From the NCBI RefSeq assembly GCF_001194135.2, contig NC_068984.1, positions 101,784,247 through 101,848,246 of the forward strand: 64,000 nucleotides of DNA. The letters run 5' to 3'. The position numbers were made by a program, and so were the translations under genes. The DNA is from Octopus bimaculoides (lineage: Eukaryota). Below the pieces are notes generated by a model. It did not search any database. It was not told the origin of the DNA and saw only the letters and a program-made list of their open reading frames with translations. How positions within the stretch are numbered: the first letter of the stretch is position 1; every line of letters begins with the position of its first letter. Positions 52,546 through 64,000 of this stretch are shown piece after piece.

Positions 52546-55500
52546 GAGTAAGTGAGTGAGTGGGCATGAGTGAGTGAGTGGACAAGAGTGAGTGAGTGAG
52601 TGTCTAGTCATGGGGAATTATTACTTTACTCAGAAATAGGTGAGGGGTTCCATCAATAAGTTTATTCAATTGAAGAAAATCTGTCTCAACAAATTCCATC
52701 CAACCCATACAAGCATAGAAAAATGGACGTTAAACAATGAGGATGAAGAATTAAAAACTGTTACAGATTCATGTTGCTAGGAGTTCCCTATCATTCGATT
52801 GCTTTTACAAATGCAGTAAGGAATTATAACATTGCTGGAAAGCTACGTTGTGTAACAGATATGAATGAATTATTTTCAGGGTATGGTATTTAATTCATCC
52901 CTAGAGCAAAATTAACTGGCAGGATTTGAACTTGAAAGGTAATGGTATCCAACTATACAGAACAGCATGATACCATTTCTGATTTTTGACCGTTATTTGC
53001 ATGAAGAATTCTTTTATTCTTTTACTCGCTTCAGTCATCTGACTGCAGCCATGCTGGAGCACCGCCTTAAAGGGTTTTAGTCTAAGAAATCAACTCCAGG
53101 ATTTATTCTTTGTAAACCTAGTACTTATTCTACTAATCTCTTTTTCCGAACTACTAAATTACGGGGACATAAACACATCAGCATCAGTTGTCAAGCAATG
53201 GCAGGAGGATGAACACAGACACACACACAAATAAATATATATACATATATATATGCTTTCAGTGCGACTGCTTCTGTTATATGGCACCGTATTTTACAAT
53301 CCTGTATATAATGATGGTATTTTTATATATAAGCTTAAAGCTTATGGCAATCACCATGCAATGACTAAGGAAAATAGTCTAATAATGAGGTATATAAGCC
53401 CTTGACAGGTTTCTTTCAGTTTCCATCTACCAAATCTACTCACAAGGCTTTGGTCAGTATGAGGCTATAGTAGACACTTGGCCAAGGTGCCACGCAGTGG
53501 GACTGAACCCAGAACCATGTAGTTGAGAAGCAAGCTTCTTGCCATACAGTCATGCTTGTTAACGTTTTTTTTTTTTTTAACATACACACAAGGTCAGACA
53601 TCTTTAGGGAGGATGAAATTGATTAGATTTATCTTGGTACTTATTGTAAAATTCAGCAGGAATTACAAGTTGTCCATGGCAGAATTTGACTTAAAATGTA
53701 AAATAACACTGTATAACAAAATTCATTTTTTTTTTTTTTTTTTTTTTTTTTGTCTTTGGTCAGTAAGTGTTAATTCCTATTTGCTTCAATTTAGAAATCA
53801 AAGGAAATGACTACTATTCCCTTCAAACTTTGCTTTTGTGACCTGGACATCAACAAAATGAAACTGACCTATTTTCCATTACATTTCAGACAGATTCAGT
53901 GCTGAATTGCTGAAACAGCAGTATCCTTATAGTAAATATTTTGCTCACTACCACAGATTTGTTTATCAGTTGCTTAACCTTAACCACTAGAGCATGTCCC
54001 TTAGTGGCTGACAATATGTGCATCTCTGATCATGAGCAGGAGTAGTGGGGAGGAACATCATAGCCATGTGTTGGGAGGGATGCTTTGGGGTGTGAATAAA
54101 TGTAACAAAAGTAAAGTTTGAAGGAAATATTATCCACTTTTCATACTTTGTAGGGGTAAGCAAATAGAAAATAACAGTCAAGGACAAAAAATCAGGTCAG
54201 ACAGTGATGATTTGATGGGATTGGTCAAATTGATGTTGACACCTCCGGTGAGAACCCAGTAAGGTTTGAAATTCAATTAAAGGTGTTCATCATTTTAATA
54301 ACATGGTTACTGCTCTCAAGCTGAAACTAGTAAAAGATAAGAGATATACACTTTAGTATAGTTTGTCACTTCTATTCTACCATGTCTACCATTCACATAG
54401 CAATAAAAATGATTTTTAAGAGTGCTTGAATAAAAAAAATAAAGTGAATTCATTTATTGTCAGAAAATTGGGGGCAATACTGAGATTGTTGAGTAACAGC
54501 AAAGAAAGATAAATGTTGAAAACTGAATTTTTCAGTCACAGCAAATCAACTCACTTCTATGAATTCACTTTTGCCAATGTAAAAACCAGAACCACCACTG
54601 CTATAAATTTCCCTGGAATGTGGGTCTTGCCTTAATGATTTCTAATTTGGGCGCCAGACCATACACATCTTTAGGAAAAGGTGGAGGAATCAATGGAACT
54701 GACCTTAGTAATTGGACTGTTTTTTTTTTTATCTCCCTCAGCAGAATGAAAGGCAAAGCTGACCAAGGAATATATCATTTCAGTGTAGTGTAGCATTCTG
54801 TTTCTGTTCTTGCATTGCTTCAATAATACTAATAATTCCTTCTACTATAGGCAATACTAATTATAATAGTAATAGTACTAGTACACCTAAATACTACTAC
54901 TAGTAGTAGTAGTAGTAGAGCTGAAGATGTGAACAACTGAATGTATATTCAGGTCAATCTATAGCAGTGTAAAATGAGAGGAAAGGAAAAAGGAATTGCT
55001 CAGCTACAAGTGACAAATCAATAGACAGTGTTGTTATTATACATCTAGGCTAATTTATCTGTTCCTCTCTAAAAACATACCTGTATTAGTTGAAATGAAA
55101 TTTCTCTAAGTTCATTTTTATGTCCATTCTTACATGTATTGATGAGATGAATATGTTACAGTCAATCACAATATACAGAATTAGAAATCATTTTATTGAC
55201 CACTGGAGGTTGAGGGTATGATCCCTACCTGTAGACAGATAAAACTAAATATTAGAAGACATTTAGTCTAGCATGACATATTTACATCTACCACTTTAAC
55301 AATAGTTAACATTTGTCTCTCTCTGACCTGTTTACATAAGGAGAAACCCATTTTGTAAGGGGTGGGTACTGTTGATTGAATTAACCTCAGTATACAAGTG
55401 CTATGATTACTGTGGGATGAAAAGTAAATATTGACATCAGCAGGGCTTGAGCTAAGAACATAGAAATCAAATGCTGTAGCCTTTTGCTCTAGATTTCCAT

Positions 55501-56523
55501 GGTTTCTATGACTTAATTCTAGAAATAAGGATATCTAATGTTGGCATGACAGTCTAGCAATAGGGTAATAGGGAACCTGGCTGGTACTCCTTTGAACTGC
55601 TAAAGCTAGCTACCAAATCTCTCTAAAATCACAACTAGCTATCTAAAGTGGTGTTGGGTGTATTGTGTCTAAGGAAAAAATAGGATGGTCATGGTTGCAA
55701 TGCTTTTGATCATAGATCTGACCTGGAGTAAAGTAACAACAGCGAGGAATTAGACAATAAAAAAAAAAACCCAGGAAAATAAATAAAACTCCCAAATGAA
55801 TACTCAATTGTTCAGTACAATCAGAGCAGGAACAATGTTTGTCAACATTAACAGACAAACAGAATAGAAATGCCCTGGTATAACATGTTAACCCTCAAGC
55901 GTATATTTATAGATCACATTTATAGATCTATGATCTAGCAAGCAGCTTCAATGCATTGAATATGCAGTAATATATATTTATGATAGCTACATTGTGTTTA
56001 CTTGTCTCTGTGTGTACTTTGTTATTGTAGCAATTGTAGGTTTTTAATATAAAGTATATTCAATGTTTGATAAAAATGAATACTACAAACTAAATATAAC
56101 TATGTTTAAATGATATTCAGAAACAAACATTTTTTATAATATAGACATATATTATCTTTATCTTCAACTAGTTTCAGTCATTAGACTGTGACCATAATGG
56201 GACACCTCCTTGAACAATTTTTAGTTGAATGAATAGACCACAATACTTATTTTTTTAAGCTTGGTACTTATTCCACCAGTCTCTTTTGCTGAACTGCTAA
56301 GTTATGGGGATGCAAACACACCAACACTGGTTGTCAAGCATGGTGGTGGGCAAACAGACACAAAACACACACACACACAATAGGCTTCTTTCAGCTTCCG
56401 TCTATCAAATCCATTCACAAGGTTTTGATCAGTCCAAGGATATAGAAGACACTTGCCCAAAGAGCCAAGAACCATGTAGTTGGGAAGTAAGCATAAGCAT
56501 CTTACCACACAACCACGTCTGTG

Positions 56524-56569
<46 letters not shown>

Positions 56570-56649
56570 TACATACATACACACACGCATGTGTGTGTTG
56601 CAAAAGAAACTTTCTGTTGATAAAAATGACTTTACCTAAGGACTACAGA

Positions 56650-57310
56650 ATTGAATCAAGTCCTTTTCAAATGGCAAAGTACTAGGTCTTGACAATATAC
56701 CAAAGGAAGTATGGAAAACAGTAGCACTCTTGAAGCCATTACTTGAAGTAGTAGTTGAGTGAAAATATTTGACTGAAAAAAAAGGTCTAGTATTAATCTA
56801 AAAAAAAACAAAAAAACAGCAAGCCTTAGATATAAACAAAACAGAGGTGTTTGTTTATTGGTTATTGCAGCTTAAATCTATAACAAAATGTTGCTTTTAA
56901 AGCATAAGCCCCTGAATAGAACTAGTTTTAAAACTCAACCAAAAATGCTTTTCTTCCAGGAAGATCAACATTATTACAAATTCTTGCATTACAAAATCTT
57001 ATTGAAGGCATCAAGGATTAGAACCTAAAAATCACTTGTAGACTTTAGTGAAGCTTTTAACTTAATCCACAGTCAAACATGCAGATCTTCAGGGTGTATG
57101 GTATCCCAGGCACTATCAGATACAATCAACATTCTCTGTAAAGATACTATCAATCAAGTTTTATCACCTGATGGTGGTACCTATTTCTTTGAGATACTGG
57201 CAGGAGTACTACAAGATAACACGTGCACCTGCCCTGCTCATTGTAGCATTGGAGTTCTCATTATGAACTGCAACATCAAATGCAGAAGAAACAGGTTTCC
57301 AAATAACATT
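56650..57310 (+). mobile_element. Ancient RTE-type LINE RT relic
   Basis: NGKVLGLDNIPKEVWK and LSPDGGTYFFEILAGVLQDNT resemble K.PG.D.IP.E.WK and GVLQGD. Confidence 0.6.
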
Positions 57311-58900
57311 CCCCACCACCAAAAAAAAAAAAAAAACTCATATTTTCTGTAATTCTATTATAGCACCAGGCTGACCAAAGCCTTACAAATGAATTTGGTA
57401 GATGCTAACTGAAAGAATCCTGTCATATGTGTGTGCATACATACATATATATATATATATACAGGGTCGGCCCAAGGGTTGCTGGTGCCCCAGGCAAGCT
57501 GAACTTCAGCATGTGCAAGCTGAGAGTCGTGGAAATTTCCTTGTCTTTCTCACGCCCTCCTTGGCACCCCATAGCACATGGTGCTCCGGGCGACTGTCCA
57601 AGTTGCTGGTACCTTGAGCCAGCCCTGTGTGTGTATGTGTATGTCTGTATACACACACACACACGTCCATGTATTTAAATGTTCTCCAAATATCACAAGC
57701 TAAAAGCAGCAACACTGTTGTTATTTGCTTTGGGCATTTGAAGATATATGTAAATAAGAAAGAAATCCCTTACTCAGAAAATAATTGTTAGATAGCAACA
57801 GGAAGGACATCCTATTATAAAACAATGCCTCAATAATATATTTAACATATACTAGCATAGAAACTAAATGGACATAAAAATGAATGAATGACCCAGTATT
57901 AAAATGGGTGGAACATACGAAATATGAGCTCTAGTTGCTGGAGAAGGCCCACCTTGAAAGAGAATGTGTTGCAGAGATGAGGAAAAACAAGAAAGTGTGG
58001 AAGAGATAGGAGTGTGCTTGACATGGCAAGACATATATATTTATAGATAAGAAGCTTGCTTCACAACCACATGGTTCCGGGTTTAGATCCACTGCGTAGC
58101 ATCTCAGCAAATGTCTTCTACTATAGCATATAGCCAACCAAAGCCTTATGAGCAGACTGTGTAAATGTAAACTGAAAGAAGTCTGTGTATATATACACAT
58201 ATACATATAAATAAGAGTGAGGGCACATGGTCTAGTGATCAGTGTGTTGCACTCACAATCTAGCAATCATGATTTCAATTCATAGATCAGGTAGTGTGTT
58301 GTGTTCTTGAGGAAAACCCTTCGTCTCGCATTGCTCTGTGATCACTTCGACACCCGATGCATGGTACACAGTGCACTGGTTCAGACAATGTCGATTTGAC
58401 AGAGAGGGTGAGCTAATGGGAGGCACAAACATCTGATCACTATAAACAAATCATTTGTACAGGTCAAAAGCTGAAGGCTCATACAACGTCTTCGATGAAA
58501 GAGTTCACAATAAATATATACATATATACACACACACACACACACGAGTGTGTGCCTTCGTGTCTGTGTTTGTTCCCCCACCACTGCCTGGCTACTGGTG
58601 CTGGTAGTGGTTTAGTGAAAGAGACCGATATAATACATACATGACTTTAAAACAATAAGTACTAGGGTCGATACATTCAACTAAAAATTCTTCAAGGTGA
58701 TGCCTCAGCATGGCCGCAGTCTAATGACTGAAACAACCAAAAGATAAAACGGTATTGTTTACAACTTTTCTCTTATCCTAGAGGATTTTAAGCCAATATT
58801 TACACATTATCAGTTATAGCTTTACCTACTTCACATTCTGTGTGTGTGCAAGAGAGATTATATGTACATATATGTTTATACATATCCCCACCACCATATA

Positions 58901-60056
58901 CTGGGTTGGCAAGAAAGTAATTTCGGTTTTTTAGTGTGAAATAAAAGTCATTTTTTTCATACAAAGAATGAACTTCAATCAATTTATATATTTTCCATTT
59001 TGTTCGATGACCTTTTGCCAGCTTTCTGGCAACTTCATTATTCTGCACTCATAGAAAATCTGGTCTTCATCAGCCAAAAACTGGAGCAAGTGCGATTTCA
59101 GGTCAAAATCATTATTGAAAGTTTTACCATTCAGAGAATTTTGCAAACTTCAAAATAAATGGTAATCTGATGGTACAAGGTCAGGGCTGTATGGTGGATG
59201 TGACATCACCTCCCAACCAAGCTCCAATAATTTTTCTTTGATTGCTTACTCCAGTTTCATTAGTTGTTGACAGTAAGCATCTGAATTGATGGCTTGGTTC
59301 CTTGGAAGCAGCTCAAAATACACAACACCTTTGTAATCCAACCAAATTGACAGCATGACCTTTTTTTTGATGCAATTCAGCATTCAATGTGGTTTGTGTT
59401 GGTTCATCAGGCTTGGACCAGGATCGTTTTTAATTGATGTTATTGTAGACAATCCATTTTAAATCACCAGTGATGATCCATTACAAAAGATGTTGACTTC
59501 ATTGTGTTTGAGATGCATATCGCAAATATTGATTTGTTACATTAAGTGAATTTCTTTCAATTTATGAAAAACCCAAATATTGAGCTTCTTTATGAGTCCA
59601 AGACATTTGAAGTGATTTTCAATTGCTGTGTGATACATTTAACTCCTCTGCAATCTCTCACAAAGTTACATGACAATCAGATTCAATTATGGCTTTGATT
59701 CAGTCAGTATCAACTTCAGTAGGTCGACCAGAATGTTGGTCATCTTTGAGAGAAAAATCTCCAGAACAGAATTTAAAAAATTATTTCTGACATGTGTGTT
59801 CTGTTAAGCAATCAACACCATAAACTTCACATATCTCTTTGTGAGCCTCAGCAGCTTTCTTACCTTTATGGAAATAAAAAAGCAAAATATGGTGAAAGTA
59901 TTCGCTTTTGCACTCCATGTTAAAATTCACACTGAACTAACAGCTGTAAACGACTATCAAATGTGAAATGGAAAAAAAATCATAATATTGACAAAAGTCA
60001 TTCAAAAAAATCTTAACTTTATTTGTGAAAAACAAAATTACTTTCTTGCCAACCCA

Positions 60057-60057
<1 letters not shown>
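58901..60057 (-). mobile_element. Mariner transposon (third family), degenerate
   Basis: 23-bp perfect TIR CTGGGTTGGCAAGAAAGTAATTT at both ends with TA flanks (58899-58900, 60058-60059). 1157 bp; the coding region is disrupted. Confidence 0.88.

Positions 60058-60121
<64 letters not shown>
60058..60121 (+). repeat. (TA)n tract at the mariner end
   Basis: Direct reading; contiguous with the TA TSD. Confidence 0.95.
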
Positions 60122-60123
<2 letters not shown>

Positions 60124-60867
60124 CATTTTTAATGACCAACTTCTATACTGGCATGGTTGGGTGGTCTAACAAGATCAGACAGAGAACTGTGTTGTGTTGC
60201 AGTGTCAGCTTTAGCATGGGTTCTATAGCTTGATGCACTACAGAGTGTACTGGGAGCTTTGTTTTTTTCTCTTTATTTTGTGGCAGTAGTACAAGTGGGG
60301 TTCCATGTAGCTCACAAGATAATGATCCCTTTCAACTGGAGTGGAGGTGGGTAATGCTCAGTAGAGAGGGTGGATGCTTTATGGAAGATGAGCAGTTACA
60401 ATATGAAAGATTTGAATACAACAGGATTCTTGTATTATACAAGAGTCACAGTAATTAGTGTGGAACTGGAAAGAGAGATAAAGATGGTGTTACTGAGATG
60501 TCAGGATGGACCTTGGGAACAGAACAGGAAGGGAGACTAGATAGAGGTGGTAAGAGTGTATGAGGCATATGAGGGTTAGAGATGGCATAGGAGGAGGAGA
60601 CAATAGCCTGAACAATGAGTAAGGGTTGAAGGGGAACAATATGTTTATGCATATTATACATGCATATATGTGCACACACACAGTCGAATGAACTGACCCC
60701 AGTATTTTTTCTTTTGTAAGCCTGATACTATTCTATCGATCCCTTCTGGCAAAATTGCTAAGTTACAGGGATGTAAACACACCAACACCCGTTGTCAAGC
60801 AGTGGTAGGAGACAAAAACAAATACAAAGATATACACATACACCCAGAACCACACTAATTGCTTAGG

Positions 60868-60904
<37 letters not shown>

Positions 60905-61214
60905 GGGCTTCTTTCAGTTTCTGTCTGCTAAATCCACTCACAAGGCTTTGGTCCGACCGAGGCACTAGAAGACACTTGCTCAAGGTGCCTCTCTGTGGGA
61001 CAAAACCTGGAACTATGCGATTGGTAACTAAGCTTCATACTACACAGCCACGCATGTCTTACATTATTTGATGACTGTGTTAGGTTTTAGAAACAATATT
61101 TAATGATCTAAATGAAAATCCTCTGAGAAAGATGAGTATATTAAAATTTCATTCGCATGTCACCTATTTTTAATGAGTGGATAACAACAAAACCATAAGC
61201 AAGGTGTGTTATCA

Positions 61215-61425
61215 AATTTTGGCATAAGGTCAGCAGCTTTTGAGGGGAAGGGTGACTAGTCGATTACATCGATCTACAGTTCTTGACTGGTACTTATTTC
61301 ATCAACCCCGAAAGGATGAAAGACAAAGTCGACCTCGGCGGAATTTGAACTCGGAACGTAATGACAAGAAATGCAGTTAAGCATTTTGACTGGCGAGCTA
61401 ACGGTTCTGCTAGCTCGCCACCTTA
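61215..61425 (-). mobile_element. SINE, CpG-retaining copy
   Basis: AAGGTGGCGAGCTAGCAGAACCGTTAGC...GTTCCGAGTTCAAATTCCGCCGAGGTCGAC head and body on the minus strand. Confidence 0.75.
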
Positions 61426-61717
61426 CGATAACAAAATATCATAGCCAAAAATACAAGTTTTACATTGTCTATCATAAGTTTTTTGACAAAAATATAAACA
61501 ACTAACTATATAGTTGATCTGAAAGAAGATGAAATACGTTACTCGTATAACGTAGTTTATGTATGATAAATTTATGGTTTCATACTTTATTCCATTTATG
61601 CTATCACAGAATTCAGTCTACTTGTACAGAATCATACATTTTCCTTACAAAACCATTTTAACATATCTTTCAATAGGTATATGATGAAACGTACTAAATT
61701 CGTTTTCCCTCTCAAAA

Positions 61718-62928
61718 TGCTTGATGAGGTTCGTATGAGTTTAGTAAGTAAATCAATATATCCAACTATTTTACTTTGTTTATTTGTTGCAGCTAGTGGA
61801 CTACAGTTATACTGGGACATAGCCATCAAGGGCTTTCAGTTAGTTATAATGACCCCCACATTTTAGTCTGGTAATAGTTTATCCATCAATATTTGTGCAA
61901 CCACGATCTCAAAAGAGAGATAAAAGATGATATATAGACACACACACACACGTTTATATATAAACGTGTGTACACAGATATAGGTTTATAAACGCATAAA
62001 CATTCCTATTTTCAATGCAAGCACGAGTTAAACCAGTGGTTCTCGACCGGAGTCCATATAAGATTTTGGGGGTTCACGCAAGCAAAACAGTAAATTGGGG
62101 ATCCACAGTAGTAATATTAAGGCTCCCTGGAAAAAAATGCGCGTTAAACGTATTTACTGCAAGAATCAGCTAGATTTCTTTCTCTAACATTTTACATAGT
62201 TCAACCTACACAAGTTAATGTGTGAAAAAAATCTGTAAAACTAGTTTTTAATTATAGAATGGCTATGGAGTTCACCAAAATAGAATATTAACCAAAGGGG
62301 TCAAGAGATGAAAATGGTTGAGAACCACTGAGTTCGGCGAATATATACTACTGAAGCATTGCTTTACACATAGATGCCATTCCTGTTGCTAACCTTTGTG
62401 TCTTTTTCAGAAAAGGGGCCTCTTATTCTACACGACTTTGAAATTGCATAGCCAGCAGGTAATTTGTTGAAAAGGCAATGACAAATTTCATCGCTTGTAG
62501 CTCGGCAATTTTTAGCGCACAGCATACAAGATTAAAACAAACAGATACACCTACACACACGCATGATGCTCTTCATACAGCTCCTGTTTACCAAATTCAC
62601 TCTAAAGGCATCGGTTAACCTAGGGTCACAGAGTATATATATATACACAATACACATACACAAACGCATAGACAATGGCCACAGCCCCAATGAATACAAT
62701 AATTAGAGCCAGTCAGACTTGCTTGATGAGGTTCGTATGAGTTTAGTAACTAAATCAATATATCCAGCTATTTTACTTTGTTTATTTGGTGCAGCTAGTG
62801 GACTATAGTTATACTGGGACATAGCCTTCAAGGGCTTTCAGTTAGTTATAATGACACCCACATTTCAGTCTGGTAATAGTTTATCCATCAATATTTGTGC
62901 AACCACGATCTCAAAAGAGAGATAAAAG
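61718..62928 (+). repeat. 209-bp direct repeat pair (61718-61926 and 62720-62928)
   Basis: Seven substitutions and no indels in 209 bp; copies start 1002 bp apart. Confidence 0.9.
62034..62330. mobile_element. hAT-like MITE
   Basis: TIR CAGTGGTTCTC(G/A)ACC at both ends; possible decayed 8-bp TSD agttaaac/agttcggc. Confidence 0.7.
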
Positions 62929-63411
62929 GAGAAGACATAAGAAAACTATTGTTTTAGAACTGATGTAAATGTAAGCCGAACAGGAATCTCGTGTGTATCT
63001 GTGCGTGTGCGTATATGCACATTTGACACACACACACACACAGTGCATTGAGTAGCGCAAGAAGACAAAGCTAATATAACACACATTATATAAACATAAA
63101 CACACACACACTTGTAAATTATATTCTGGAAAGTGTATTTTCATACAAATATATTCCGCACACACACACAAAACAGATTTATATATATATATATATATAA
63201 ATTCAAAAAGGGATAAAACTCTTTTACAAGAATTTTATCAAGAAGCCAGTGTGTAAAAAAATTCATAAGGGAAATTTCTATTCCCAAGAATATAATTATT
63301 CGTTTATATTTATATAAAGGGCATTATTACAGAAAAATAATAACGCCACACAGTGGACTTCTCAAAATAACCACATTTAGTACCTAATGAGAGGAAAAAC
63401 AACCAACAGAA

Positions 63412-63914
63412 NNNNNNNNNNNNNNNNNNNNNNNNNNNNNNNNNNNNNNNNNNNNNNNNNNNNNNNNNNNNNNNNNNNNNNNNNNNNNNNNNNNNNNNNN
63501 NNNNNNNNNNNNNNNNNNNNNNNNNNNNNNNNNNNNNNNNNNNNNNNNNNNNNNNNNNNNNNNNNNNNNNNNNNNNNNNNNNNNNNNNNNNNNNNNNNNN
63601 NNNNNNNNNNNNNNNNNNNNNNNNNNNNNNNNNNNNNNNNNNNNNNNNNNNNNNNNNNNNNNNNNNNNNNNNNNNNNNNNNNNNNNNNNNNNNNNNNNNN
63701 NNNNNNNNNNNNNNNNNNNNNNNNNNNNNNNNNNNNNNNNNNNNNNNNNNNNNNNNNNNNNNNNNNNNNNNNNNNNNNNNNNNNNNNNNNNNNNNNNNNN
63801 NNNNNNNNNNNNNNNNNNNNNNNNNNNNNNNNNNNNNNNNNNNNNNNNNNNNNNNNNNNNNNNNNNNNNNNNNNNNNNNNNNNNNNNNNNNNNNNNNNNN
63901 NNNNNNNNNNNNNN
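63412..63914. other. Assembly gap; other large gaps at 7465-7941, 15720-16302, 26473-26529, 33714-34059
   Basis: N runs, mostly adjoining microsatellites. Confidence 0.98.
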
Positions 63915-64000
63915 ATATATATATATATATATATATATATAAATGTTTATATGCGAATAAAAAGTCGTCAATCTAATGTAAAAGTCGATTCCATCTTCGG

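Noticed and set aside
55081-55140. Minus-strand CAG/GTATG donor as MYLIP exon 1
   Set aside because: Phase 0 fits, but the peptide (TCKNGHKNELREISFQLIQ) does not resemble the IDOL N-terminus and there is no suitable ATG.
61718-62928. The 209-bp pair as the LTRs of a TRIM or LTR element
   Set aside because: No TG...CA ends, primer-binding site, polypurine tract or TSD.
1-64000. CRISPR arrays, rRNA genes or prokaryote-type operons
   Set aside because: No regularly spaced repeat-spacer arrays or rRNA motifs; the sequence is intron-rich eukaryotic DNA.

Overview
AT-rich, repeat-dense eukaryotic DNA with microsatellites and N gaps. The repeat families (tRNA-derived SINEs, RTE LINE tails ending in (GAT)n) suggest an octopus genome; this is an inference. 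The only recognisable gene is a minus-strand MYLIP/IDOL orthologue (FERM + C-terminal RING E3 ligase). I resolved five coding exons with canonical GT-AG sites and matching phases: 23600-23790, 19533-19928, 16557-16819, 14083-14228 and 8708-8941, giving 409 aa. The first coding exon (~29 aa expected) was not found, so intron 1 is probably >=40 kb. The rest of the window is decayed TEs: RTE LINEs, three mariner families, MITEs, a Helitron relic and SINEs. Two signals stand out. (1) A 382-bp insertion with an 11-bp TSD combines a tRNA-derived Pol III head with two inverted arms, each carrying a minimal Penelope-type hammerhead ribozyme motif. (2) A C4HC3 PHD finger is inserted inside the RT domain of the RTE LINE.
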